Source: Strigamia acuminata
Taxonomy: Eukaryota
DNA: 64,000 bases
Assembly (NCBI GenBank): GCA_949358305.1
Contig: OX442314.1
Location: forward strand, 31,062,001-31,126,000
Direction of reading: 5' to 3'
Shown here: positions 1 to 12,050 of the stretch, piece after piece
How positions within the stretch are numbered: the stretch's first letter is position 1
How the letters are laid out: each line of letters starts with the position of its first letter
Program-made: the position numbers and the translations under genes
The notes under the pieces: model-generated
Database searches by the model: none
What the model saw: the letters and a program-made list of their open reading frames with translations, nothing else
What the model was told of the DNA's origin: nothing

Positions 1-660
1 AAATAGAAAGTGCACTCACTCCATGCTTTCTTGTTGCTGGTAGAACCATCACAAGTGAATCCACTGACTTCTGCCCCAACATGATGTAATTGTATGATGA
101 CTTGCAGTAAATTTTTTGCTGAAACATCACCTGGTGTGGCATTTTGTGAAGCAAAATACAGCCACTAGTTGCTTACACTTTTTGCTTAGACAGACAAAAA
201 TAAATACTAATGCATGATTGGCATATTCACATTTCTGATTTTCTGTAGTGTGTTCACCCAAATTTACAAATCCATCAAATTTGAAAGTTGATTTCTTGAA
301 ATTCACAGTTTCAGATAATTTGGTTTCATCAAAAATCAAAATTCCTTTTTTTTTCCAGGCTCACCTTTAAATTTCTCTAATGTAATTTTATTGACCCCAT
401 ATTCACATCTCGGTCCACACATTAATTTCCTGATATCCTTTCTGTGTCTTAATCTGAAAATATAGACTTTCCAATAGAAATTCTGAATCATATCGCATTC
501 CTTTCTTCTTCTGTTCATTTTTCATGAGCATCATTTTAATAATTTACCTCTGTTTTGATGGTAATTGCCCAATCCTTTCAGCCATGTCATGTTTTGATTT
601 TTCTTTCATATTTTTAATTTTTGAATTGAATGTAAACATTGGTCTTGTATTAGGTAATAA
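1..660 (-). pseudogene. P-element/THAP9-type transposase remnant (runs off window start)
   Basis: IFDE..FDGFVNLGEHT..ANHALVF and a downstream FTCDG motif typical of P-element transposases; frameshifted. Confidence 0.8.
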
Positions 661-792
661 AAGATTTGCATCTTATGTAAATTTTTATCTAATTAAATAT
701 GAGAGATGATAAATAAAAGAAAAATTTTATTTTTAAATTAATATTAATAATTTTGTGTGACATTTGAAAAACACTTAAATTAAACACTTAAA

Positions 793-1194
793 TTACCACT
801 TGATTCTACAGATGGGTCATGTTTCATTTTCACATCCCCATTGCAAGAAACAGTGGTAGTGAAATATGTGTCTACAATTTAATTCAACAACTTGTTCATC
901 CTGCATATTAAATTGACAGACACAGCAATCTTCAGTAGAGTCTACGTCTAGTAATTTGGGTTTTAATTCTTGCAGTTGATGTAGTGGTGGTGAAGGTGGC
1001 AGCTGATGGGCTGGCAGGTGATGCACTTCTTCTTCGTTTTCATCATCTAAGATGTAAATAACTTCTTCAGGTTGCACAAACTGCTGCTGTGCTAATTCCT
1101 CCACGGAATGATGTCACTTCCTGCACTCACTTTCAAAACAAGGTGTCCCATTGCTAGCCAAGACAATGGGAATCGAAGTGAAATGAAGACTCAT
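793..1194 (-). pseudogene. Small RING-H2 protein with SIM-like motif, two in-frame TGA stops
   Basis: CxxC..CxHxxHxxC; reading through the TGA at 817-819 gives T*PICR, the final CxxC; VIYILDDE upstream; in-frame ATG at 1194. Confidence 0.75.
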
Positions 1195-1559
1195 CTCAAA
1201 TCCAAAAATAGACTCAGTGTTTATCACAAGAATATTTTCTCACACATTAAATATAACTATTTAGAAGTTTTAATAAACTAATTACCAACACTAAAATCAC
1301 ACTTAAAAATTAACTTTTTCAGTAAAAAATTGGTACAACAGGTGGACAATGCTCGTGTACATTAAGGGCAGCTTCTCCTTATTTCATCCATTTACTGAAA
1401 CTCAACTTATTCTTTTGTGTGCACTAGGGGCATGGATGTTGCTTTTTACTGTCTAGTCAAAGACTGACAGCCAAAAACAACATGTACACTTTTAAAATTA
1501 ATTTTTCTCAATTTAAAGCTTGAGTCATCTGTATACAGAGGTGCCACTTGCCGCCGGTT

Positions 1560-1700
1560 GACTGCTAACGTAGTTTCGAAGTTTGGCCCCGCATGAACCA
1601 AGCTTGTAAGGAATTGGGGAATGGTCAGCAGATCGTTCTTAAATCTGGTAATTGTGTTTCGTATACGCTGGTCGTTCATTGCATACTTTAGAGCTCTTGT
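1560..1700 (-). pseudogene. Possible MULE transposase C-terminal fragment
   Basis: KYAMNDQRIRNTITRFKNDLLTIPQFLTSLVH resembles the C-terminal helices of animal MULE transposases. Confidence 0.4.
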
Positions 1701-1844
1701 CTTCGCGGATATGTCGTTTGCTGAGCCCGTTTCTTGGGGCGTCTGGGATGTAGACAGTGGTGTGGTGGTGTCTGAGGCCACTGAATGTGAAACGACCTTC
1801 CGCCAGGCACGGGATGAATGCTGTGATGGTGAGAGGACAGAACA

Positions 1845-2151
1845 TCTCTGTCAGTCGCGTGTTCCCGACACCCGGCGCACTGTGGAGGTAAAGATACATC
1901 GATGTGCTTGGCGTCGCTTCAAATGCGGCGAGTAGTTGGGCTTGTTCGGCCAGTTGGTGTTCCCTGACCACAATTAATTCCTGGCAAATTGGTCTCAGTG
2001 CATCGAAAACTTTGCGACGTGTTATGTTGCTGCGGGAAAAGGTAATTAAAAACAGATTCAAGAGCGGAGGCTGCCGTTGTGGCGCTGGCGCTGGCATCTC
2101 TATCTGCATTTCTTGCTTGGGCGGTAGTTCGGCAGCGGGCGGCCCTGGCAT
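1845..2151 (-). pseudogene. Internally deleted CRESS-type Rep (HUH endonuclease + SF3 helicase) remnant
   Basis: Motif I-like LFLITF, pre-motif II LIVVREH, then Walker A-like LYLHSAPGVGNT (LYLHGAPGVGNT in copy 2). Confidence 0.6.
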
Positions 2152-2754
2152 AATAAGGCGTGGCTGGCTGGGCGGTGCAGTGTTGTTGGGTGATGAGGCG
2201 TGCCTGGGCGATAAAGCGTGGCTGGATGATCAGACGTGGCTGGGCGATGTGGTGTGGCTGGATAGCTGGGTGCTGAACTGGTATGAGTGGGCGGTTTAGA
2301 GCAATAACACGAGGTCATGAGACCTGAACCACAGGGCGAAGTCTGCATGGGACAAGGGCAACTTCTCTTTACACTGGTGTCAGCTGTGACGGTTGTTTTT
2401 TTCGGTAGTTGAGTCTGGAAATGATTAAATGGGAATTAATCACTTTTTTTTAGGAAACAGATGGGGGATTGACAGACGAACCACTGTGACATTCCTGGCT
2501 CGGTTCGGCGCCTGATGGATGTGCTGGACGGCATTGTGCAGTGTGCATCAGAGATCTCGGTGATTCGGACACCCGCGGTGTGTGTGCTTCATGCAGACGT
2601 TGCCTAACTGTTGAGGTGCTGGAACCTAGGAAATAAAACAGAATTTCCTTTCGGTTTGGTGTGTGTGTTGCCTGATTTACCTCCAGTACAGGGCATTGTT
2701 GATCTGCTGAGTGGCGAGATGACGGGAGCATTGTCTGTGGTGGGCGTGGGTGAT

Positions 2755-4128
2755 CTAACTTGTCGTCGCCTTGCTCTTCCGCGTTCTCATCTTTGTCTTT
2801 CCTGCCCGTCGGTAACTGGACGGTGGTTGCCTAGGGTGATTGGTTTGTGAGTTGGGTTTGGACCAAAACAAATTGTATAGTTGGGATTGGGAATTACTTT
2901 CTTCACTTTCATCACCCGAACTGCCATCTAGTAGGGCACCTGTGCCCATGTGGTCGGCCATTCGTCGTACAGTCTTTACTGCACGAAGAGCTGAACTGTT
3001 TGCCCGGTAATAGCGGTCAGCTGTTTGGACGCTATGTCCCATCTGGTCAGCCAAGTCTGCAGCCATCCCATAATCATGATGATATATGTGCGTTACAACG
3101 CCCTTTTGGAAAAGCATGGCCGTCATGGGTTTGACGCTGACACGCACCCATGCATTTAAAGTGCAGCGGGCGGCTGTGGCTTTGCCCATTGCTTTCCCTA
3201 CGCCAGTAACAAACAGCAGAGTATTTGGGTCCCGTCGCTTAATCGCGGCATCCTCGCCGACAAAACAGAGACGCCTGAAATGTCGATTCTTTGAGCCAAT
3301 TTCGCCGAAAAGACCACGTCCGACCCACCCTTTTGGACAACATTCTTGACGGAGGCCACTTCCACCACAGAGTTACCTTGCACTTGTTCTTTCCCTGTCC
3401 ATTCGCCTAGAGTCATCCGAGTAGCACAACCTTGACGCAAAGCATTGGACATGATGATTTCGGCCACCAGAACATCTGACGTCGGAAATCGTTTTGGCCA
3501 TCCAGTTGTGTATTGCCTCTGGCTGGTCCAGCCAGCTGTGCATTTGTCGCACATGAACCGATTTCACGAAAGCAAAATTTCACTCATCCTTTCCAGTCTG
3601 TCCCGCTCCATTCGGATGCGTTCCCGCTGTCGGCGTGCCCTCCGTCTTGTCAGGTTTTGACTCCAGCGGAAAAGTTCACCTTCGATGGCCGTTATCAAAT
3701 CACGGCCTTGCGTGCGGTCTTGATGCCACCTGAACGAACATCGCGTAATGCCGTATCGAACTGAAAATACTTGCTATTGTTCCTGGCGGGCGCTCATCTA
3801 GCACTTGGATGAACCAGGCCTCGCTGCTCTGCAATAATGTTTCCTCGTTGCAACCCCAAGTTACTGATAGAAATGCCGACACTTGTTGGGTGTGCTGTCT
3901 GGCTGTGCGTTCTGCAGTTGCTAATCCAGCCTCGCTTTTGGCCCACACCTCGAAGCTGTGCAATGCTGCTGCGTTTTCAGCCGGGAGCAAGAATTGCCAG
4001 AGACATTGAGGCACCCAGTCTGGATGTTCCTTTGCCTGTGGCTGAGAAATTACTTGGTCCAACACGGGGACGTCTGACTCGCCCGCGTCCATTTCGACTG
4101 CATTTCGATCTGCAAAGAAACTCTTCAT
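2755..4128 (-). pseudogene. Tyrosine recombinase remnant (Crypton-like/YR element)
   Basis: NALRQG (catalytic R box) and LADQMGHSVQTADRYY (H...Y box); several frameshifts. Confidence 0.8.
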
Positions 4129-6333
4129 TTTTCGCTCGGAAAGAACATTTTTGTTTTAAATAATTTGTGTCATAATAATTTTTCTGTTTAGAATAAACTT
4201 TTTTTTATTTAATGTGAAACCTTATGTTAGATCCGTCTAAAACATTAGGTTAGGTGCCCATTAATTGCTTAATTGATTAATTAATTAACCACCATTACTT
4301 TTTGTGACGTCACGCTGACACTCTGCTTACTGTGGAGGTACAAATTCTATTGCTGCGGATTGGGATGCAGTGGGTCTATGTTGCATAGGAATGCGAGCAA
4401 ACGGTTCACCCATGTGCCTGGCGTTGCTTCGAATGTTGCGAGTAGTCGGGCTTGCTCAGCCGGTCGGTGTTGTCTGACCTCTTCGTTGTTGATTTGCCGC
4501 TCAGATATGAAGGGCAGAACACCACCATTTTGAAATTCATTGGGAATGAATTTTTTTACAAAGTTGACATTTTTTCCAACTTTGGTGAAATAAACATGTA
4601 TGAAAACAATCAAGAAAATTCATACCTTTAATTGCTTCTCGTTTATCATGGGTTCAATCAGCATTTCCTCATCTGTGGAAAGCACAAGTTGAACGTTCTA
4701 TATGACAACTTGAATTCGTTCAGAAGTTTGTATCTAAAATAGAAATATCAATGAAATTAGTCTCATCAAGAATATTGTAATTGAACTTAGTTAACATTTT
4801 CACTTACAAGATAATTCAAACTCATCTTCAATTAGGTGCACCAATTAATAAATGGTTACAAGCAACTGTTTAAAAGGGGGATAGGGTTTTCAATATTGTT
4901 TCATAACATTATTGCAAAATTGAAAATTTTACTTAAATTGCTTTAATGTATTATTACTGGTATTTTGTTTGGTAAATTGTGAATTTGAAAATTGAAATTA
5001 AAAATTACTGAATTTGTATTAGATATCCAAAATTTAGGGGGGAGGGGGGTAGTCAGCCTTGAAACGACCTTGTCACAGGGGGGGGGGGGGGAAGGGTCTA
5101 AAAATCCAAAAATTTGGTTTACCGGTACATAATTTATGAACGGCACCTAACCTCAGCCAAATGGGATGGGAGTTTTCACCATCTAGACATAGACCAGTCT
5201 TAACACTTTTTAGCACCCCGAACAAAAAAAAATCAGATGCTCCTCACCACAAAATAAATTTGTACATTTTAAGAATGACATGAGGAGTACAGTACATTTC
5301 AAGAGTCTGCATCCTTATTTCAAGAGTGACAAAGTCGTTCTAAACGAACGAATCTGAGTGTCACTACCCTCAAAATGGCCAAACACAACAGAAAATGTAA
5401 TAACACACTGACCTTATTGACTTTTAGGGGGATTTTTATGTTTGTGATATTTGCAAATTTGACGTTTGATGTGGAAACCTCGCCTAGCAGGAACAAGCAG
5501 GAATATTGACAGATTTTTTCTTCCCATGTTATGGAAATTTTCAAAAACCGAATTAAAGGTGAATATTTACAGATTCCTGGCTGTACGAACGATAATTGTG
5601 AGACTTGAAATAAAACTTACCCCGTCTTTGCTCGCACACCAGTTGAAAAATCAAGAAAACCGACGCCTGGGTGAAAAAGAACACACAAAAATGGCGCATT
5701 TTATTCCAAATGCGAGAAATACATCAACCGCCAGTAGATGCAGGTAAAAAGTCACTACACAAATTCATCATTTGAATGTCCGAGCGCGTGCTACACGTAC
5801 CGACAACAATAGACTATTATGTTACACAAACAAATGGGGGTATTCCTCTAATCTGTGGGCAAGATCGTTGCAAACCAACATGGCGTCCAAAATAACCAAC
5901 CTTGTGGGTTCGCAACGTTGCTGCTGATGGTGGCTTATTTCGTTGAATTTTGTCCTCAGATGGGTGGTTTTTCAATCTAATGCTTCATGCTTAGTTTATT
6001 TAACATTGTATCGTATTTACTTCACCGTTTCTTTTGAATTTTGCGACTTGATTTTATCAAATATTGCATTCAATTTCAATCCGTGCTTCGAGTTTCAAGG
6101 GAGTGGTCATTTATCAAATCAATAAAAAACAGGAAAATTCTGAGGAATGGAAATATTACTGTGAAAATTACTGATAATCTATGAAATTTCTAATATTTCG
6201 TCCAATTTTTATTTTATTTCAATAGATATTTGTTCTTTATTGATTTTTTCACCTACTCATCAATTTTGATACATGAAAGTTACAACTGTAAGCTGTCTAA
6301 AAAATCTTGGTGCAAACAAAATCAAAGGTAAAA

Positions 6334-6529
6334 ATTGTTTTTAAATGAGTGAGGATGAGCAAGAGAAAATACACTGAGGATTTGTTCTATCTTGAACGGA
6401 TATCGTGTTTTTTCTCGTGTGAACCCCGCACTTATTGTTTTTAAATGAGGCGGATGCGCAAGAGAAAATACACTAATGATTTGTTCTATCGTGATCGGAA
6501 ATCGTGTTTTATCTCGTGTGAACCCCGTA
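6334..6529. repeat. Two-copy ~100-bp tandem duplication
   Basis: attgtttttaaatgag...ctcgtgtgaacccc occurs twice. Confidence 0.8.
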
Positions 6530-7256
6530 TTTGTTCTCACAACGGAAAGGCGTCGGCCGACTCGGCTCGTGAGTGCGCTTCGTTCTTGCTGATCATAGTT
6601 TATTTCGATTAATTTTTGCTCTCAGATGGGTAATTTTTCAACATAATGTACCAAAGTATGTTTGTTTAGCATTGTGTCAGGTTTGTTTCACTACTTATTC
6701 GAATTCGCAGCTTGTTTTTATCGATCGAACATTTCATTCCATCCGTGTGTCATATTTCAAGGGAGTGGTAAGTCAAAAAGCAGCAAAATTGTTCGATTTG
6801 GAAATGGTGAGGGGAAATTAATCACACTGTACGAAAATTTCTAGTTTTTCTGTACTTTTTTATGTTTTTATTTTATTTTATTTTTTTAAAAGTTTTATTT
6901 ATTTATTTTTCTACACACGCAATAATTGCTAGTAGTATTGCTAGACAAATTTGGTTTCTTATACTTCTCAGATCATCTCCAAAATTTGGATTTAGGGCTA
7001 ATGAAGGTCGGAAATCAATGACGTTGACAATTTTGGACGCAAACGGAAACGAGGCAGGAAAACGAGATAAATGGCTATAGGTTAAGGGGGAAGTTGTTAT
7101 CGCTGGTTTTACAGTGTTAGTGGGAAGGGGGGGGGGGGTCGGTTAAGTATGATTGTTCCCAAAATGGTAAATAAGTTAGTAAATTAGGGGGTGTAAAATC
7201 CAACTCTCAACCTCCACGTGGTCACCCCTGGAGAAACTGAGAAACTGACGACTTGA

Positions 7257-7437
7257 ACTAAACTCTATTCCAAAAAGTATTACAAATACTCCCATTGGTT
7301 GGGAGATTCACAGTTCAGTTGTGTCTTGAATATGATGCTGTTTTCAGATTCCAGTAGACTTGTGCGAAGATTTTTAATGTGTCTCAACCAACCAACCAAT
7401 GGGAGTATTTGTAATACTTTTTGGAATAGAGTTTAGT
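7257..7437. repeat. 46-bp perfect inverted repeat with ~90-nt spacer
   Basis: actaaactctattccaaaaagtattacaaatactcccattggttgg and its reverse complement. Confidence 0.85.
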
Positions 7438-7534
7438 CTCAGTGGAACCAAAAGAGAGCTCTGGTCAAATGCAGCTGCATGCAATTTATCCTGCTTTCAA
7501 TTTAAAAAAAATATATTTTGTGGTAGATATATTT

Positions 7535-7770
7535 TGTATTGTAAGCCCGCATACCTCACAACTAACGTGGCATTTACATTTATTTGTATTGTAAGCCTGC
7601 AAATCCTACAAGATTGTGGCATTTACATTTATTTGTATTGTAAGCCTGCAAATCCTACAAGATTGTGGCATTTACATTTATTTGTATTGTAAGCCTGCAA
7701 ATCCTACAAGATTGTGGCATTTACATTTATTTGTATTGTAAGCCTGCAATCCTACATGTGGCATTTACAT
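7535..7770. repeat. 49-bp minisatellite, about 5 units
   Basis: gtaagcc recurs at 7591, 7640, 7689 and 7738. Confidence 0.9.
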
Positions 7771-8329
7771 GATTTTATACCGCAATTTATACCACATTGT
7801 TACATGAATGTGGCATCTATTTTATTCAATATTTTCTTCAGAAGATTTTTGAAATATTTGTGCAGGTGCTGTTGTTGTTGGTTCTTGATTCAATTATTGA
7901 GATTGATTGTTCCTTGATCTTGTTTTACATACACTACAACTGTTTTTCCTTCAAATTTGTTAGTAGTTATTTGGCCATTTGTGTAAAATGATAATTTTTA
8001 TATTTTACTTTCTTGGCTTTCTGGTTTTGATTTGGTTTTCTATTCACATTACCATTCAAAGGTTAATTTACCTCTAAATTTTTCCCAAATGTTTTGGTCT
8101 AATAGTTTCTCCAGTTTCTGTTTGACCTTCTACCTTCCCCATCGAGTCACGGGCAGACCACGTTTGTCGGGCCACCAGCCGTGTTTGTACTTTGTTAAAA
8201 TTTGGCTCTCTTACTCCTCTTGTACCAACTTTCGGATTTGTTCCAGTCTGGCGCCGGAAATCCACTCCCAGACGGTATTCTGCCGCTCCAATTAAATCGC
8301 TCATACCCCGTTGGCCTCCACCGGTGCAC

Positions 8330-9420
8330 CTGACGAGCCGCATTCGGATACGTTGAGTCTGAATAGGCAAGGCATTCAAACTTTTATTCCCTAACAGTGG
8401 AACTAGAGGCTTGCGGTTCGTGGAAATTTAAATCTCGTCCCATCAAGTACTTTGAAAATTTCTCACATGCCCACGTGACCCCCACTCTGATGTCGTTTAC
8501 CTGTATAAACGAAGCGTCCTCCAAATCATTAATGACCACTAATTCTGATGATGAAAGTTGGGTCAAAACACTGAGGTGGTCTTTCTATCTCGAGGAAACA
8601 TTCGTCGGAGGCTTCCGGATCCCACTCGATCTCCTGAGAACTTTGGGTTGCATCCTTTTCCAGAAGGAAATTTAGTGTTTCATCCTGATTGGTTTAAGTA
8701 TGGCGGCCACGCATTTTCTGGTATGGGTTGCGGATCTGCGGGTGGATGTTCATCCCAAGACAAGATTTTCGATACGCTTCGGTACAACGATAAAGGGAAT
8801 CTCGGAATCCCTGATTTGCCCACTCAAATTTCATCATCACTCGTCCAATTAGTTGGTAAGAATTGGTTTTTTCGAACAAATGTGCTCTTCGTTTCTTTTT
8901 GGCCGCCGGAAACAGTTGTTGGGAGTTGCTAAGCGATGCTGCCAACACGCTGGTCCAGTCCATCCATGAGGGAAAGGCTGGGAGGGTAGCTGTTTGCACA
9001 GGCGAGTCGCCTAAAACAAACTCGCAAATTAGTGAGGCCTTCGTAGCCACCCAAATTAAGGTTCATTCGCCTCCGACACCGACGTTATCTCAAATGGCAG
9101 CCAGTTAAAGCAAAACTGCCCAAATGGTGTTATAAAGATGGTCAACAGCTGACTCCTCTCCAACAGCCCCATAGAATTTGTTAAATGCAGCAAACTTGGT
9201 GACAAATCTCGATCTCACGACAAACGATATAGTAGTGTAGACATTCGGCAACACCGTCCTTAGCCTCCGGACACCCCGGTTTAGCAGTATCAAATGCACA
9301 CAAATTCGAATGCATCGATCCCCCTTTTTTGCTGTGAACATTCCCGCCAACCATTTTGTAGGTCCCTCCACCCAACTAATCACTCCCTATTCCAACATTG
9401 AATCCAGCTGCTTCTTTACT
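8330..9420 (-). pseudogene. Degraded Gypsy pol fragments (RT N-terminus and RNase H)
   Basis: ISWVEGPTKW..KKGD..IRICV..LN (RT); VTWACEKFSKYLMG and LP..TQRIRMRL (RNase H). Confidence 0.75.
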
Positions 9421-9599
9421 CGCGGTACTGGAATTGGCATGGTATATTTCTTTCACATGCGCCGAGTCGAAAAACTAAGGAGTTTGGCTACTTCTCCTTT
9501 TACGTACTATGGTCTGGAGAATAACAAAATTCTTTCTCCCGTACAAAGGTTCTAGCTCTCTCACGTATCTGACTAATGGTATAATGCCTTGCCAATTCG

Positions 9600-10733
9600 G
9601 CCAACTCGTCAGTTTAGCCGGTGTGGGGACGCGGAGTGAGTCGTTGCGCCACCTCTTTGATATGACGATTTGTATCCTTTTTGATTCTCAACCACATGGA
9701 GACAATGTAGTCGAGAGACAAGGCCAGATCCCACGCTGCGTTTTCCTTCCAGCCCGAGACCAAATTTTATGAAATTATCCTGGCCACGTCGGTCGTGTCT
9801 GGACGACAGGTTGCGCTGTCCCTGGCCACATCAGTCGCACTTGGGCGTAGGTTTGAACGAAAGAGTTTCTAACAAAGCGTGAAGAGTCGATTCTACTTCG
9901 GATCTTGAATTCGGTCACCACAGCCTGTCCGTCGACTTTGCGTCGAAGATTCCACTCTCCAATGGTCATTTGTGTGGCATTGCCCTGGCGCGCACCGTTT
10001 AGCATCAACAGTTCGGATATGAGAACGTCTCTTATGTGCGTGGCCGTTTTTCCTTCCCATTCGGCTTTGGGGATTCGTCCTCGGTCGAGAGACCTGTGTA
10101 TTTCTTTTACGTGTGCCGAGGCAATGTCTCATCATATCGGGCGTGGGAGCGCAGACCGAATCTCGTTGAGCCACCTCTTTAATGCGGCGATTTGTATCTT
10201 TTTTAATATTCTTTAGCCAAATTGAGATCATGTAGTCTAGTGACAACGATAAATCCCAGGCTGAGTTTTCTTTCCAGTCTGAAATTTGTGTAAATTTTAT
10301 ATAATTTAAATAGAGGCGTATTGATGATACATGGCTGAGGACAGATCCTGGAGCGTATGAACCAGGCCTTTGCTCCTTGGAGCATTGATCTTTTTCCACA
10401 GAGGGATGCTAAGAAGCGCTTGGTTTGCTTTACGTGCTGGCGTGCAGTTCGAATGCCTTTGTTGTGTCCAGCTGGGTTACATAGCCACTTCTCGAATTTG
10501 TCGATTGATGTGCCGTTTTGCCTGTAATCTAGGTATTTTATCATTTCCACAGGTAGATCTGGCGCCTCGGGATCACTGCTGGTATCGCTCGAGCTGTTGC
10601 TGGTGCTGGTGTCGGTGCAGTTTGTTTGAATTTCGTTCGCATCACTGTCTGACGTCGCTAAGTGTTGGTCGTGTTGTTTCTCTGAGTTTTTGTTTCTTTT
10701 CTTCTTTTTTGGTGTAGGGTTTTTGTTTGACAC
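9600..10733 (-). pseudogene. Second, diverged tyrosine recombinase remnant with a partial internal duplicate
   Basis: RTARQH.KQ, PGSV..SSIR and NGARQG.ATQMT.GEW match the YR at 2755-4128; AWDL.LSLDY..S.WL..KKDTNR is repeated near 9640-9740. Confidence 0.75.
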
Positions 10734-11328
10734 GGCTCTCCCACCTGTTGTTTCGCATGTGACGAATGCCGTCGTTTCCCAGCATTCATCATTTTCTTGA
10801 TTACTAAAACTTTCTGACTACTAAAACTTTAAAATCTGAATAATCATTATGGAAAAGACCTCGCTGAAAGACAGCGGGCCTAAACGCTCAGTTTAATGAA
10901 ACGATTCCGAATTCCCTCACTAGTTTAATTAAGTTTCTGGATTCTCTCACCACCGGTTTACCAAGGTCTCTGTGTTGCACTTGACGTAACTGGGCTGATC
11001 AACTAGTAGAGCGGGGGTAGTTTTATAGCTTACTTGCTAAGCAAATTAACTTAGACTTGGCAGAAGAGTTTGGGATCTGAAGCAGTTAACATGGCTCTAA
11101 TTTGGCTTAGACATAATTGAAATGGCTTTACATTGATTATCATTCTTGCTTTATCATTTAGGTTTAATTTAGGTTAAGTTATGATTGATTTATTGTAATA
11201 AATCCCATGAATAAAGGAGATTTAATTTAAAAGTTAAATCAAAGACTTCTCAATTCATTTCACCTAAGATTTCCAAGGTCTCTAGCATTTATAATTAATA
11301 ATTGTTATGTGTGTTTATCTCACACGTA

Positions 11329-11921
11329 TCAAAGTGGTGGAGATGCAGGGCAGGACTCGTACATATGATGAGTAAGTGGGCCAACTAGACCAAACCATCC
11401 ACCACACATGTCGCCAACCATATTTACAGTTGGTGAAACGTTGAACTGAGCGACCCCCTCTTTGTCAATAACATCACCGAATGCCCTGAGATAACTCTCA
11501 ATAGGCTCAGGTAACTCGAAGTCACCTTTCATCAAATCGTTGAGCGAATCTTCATCAACGGTAATGAGTCCGTGATGGCGACGAATTGCTGCGAGCCTTG
11601 CCCAAACATGTATCATGATATAGTATGCAAAGGCTGATTCAAGGAGGGTTCGTCTTAAATTATTGTTTGCAACTGACATCTCATTGTAAGTTGGCGAGAT
11701 GATGGTCATTAATCCGTCAAAGGTCGGTGCAAATTCTTTGATGCCAGGAATCTGAGCGAGGATTGTTCCTTCGTCAACGAGAAAAGCGTCCACATACATT
11801 GGATCGTTCTTCTCCTCAGATGGGTTTGTGGAGATCTTGATTCCAGTGGGCTTCTTCACCTCAATGTTTGGCGTGGGGACGACGTTGGGAAGCGGTGCTC
11901 CCTGTCCTCGATTCTTGTCTC
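11329..11921 (-). other. Putative endogenous viral element: partitivirus-like capsid fragment
   Basis: SAFAYY..VWARL, LPEPIESYLRAFG and GWFG.V...THHMYE resemble arthropod partiti-like capsids (recalled pattern, no search run). Confidence 0.55.
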
Positions 11922-12050
11922 CCTTCTTTGTCAAGTTAACAAGGGGCTTGGAAACGTCCGAAAAACCACGAATAAAGTTGCGATAATAAGAACATAATCC
12001 AAGAAAACCTTGCAACTGTTTCACGGATGTTGGTTTAGGAAAGTATGCAT
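11921..12050 (-). pseudogene. Gypsy RT-RNase H connection fragment fused in frame to the putative viral sequence
   Basis: FPKPTSVKQLQGFLGLCSYYRNFIRGFSDVSKPLVNLTKK. Confidence 0.9.

Larger units (their letters stand above)
1..6301. repeat. Segmental duplication, copy 1 (other copy 52598-61373)
   Basis: Near-identical colinear sequence and ORFs at an offset of about 52.6 kb; copy 2 carries extra insertions. Confidence 0.95.

Noticed and set aside
817..819. TGA at a RING cysteine as selenocysteine
   Set aside because: A second in-frame TGA lies upstream, no SECIS is evident and neighbours are all decayed
7535..7770. CRISPR-like periodicity
   Set aside because: Head-to-tail 49-bp units without unique spacers, no cas genes, eukaryotic context
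10850..11320. Possible solo LTR with a minus-strand TATA box
   Set aside because: Could not define termini, TSD or PBS
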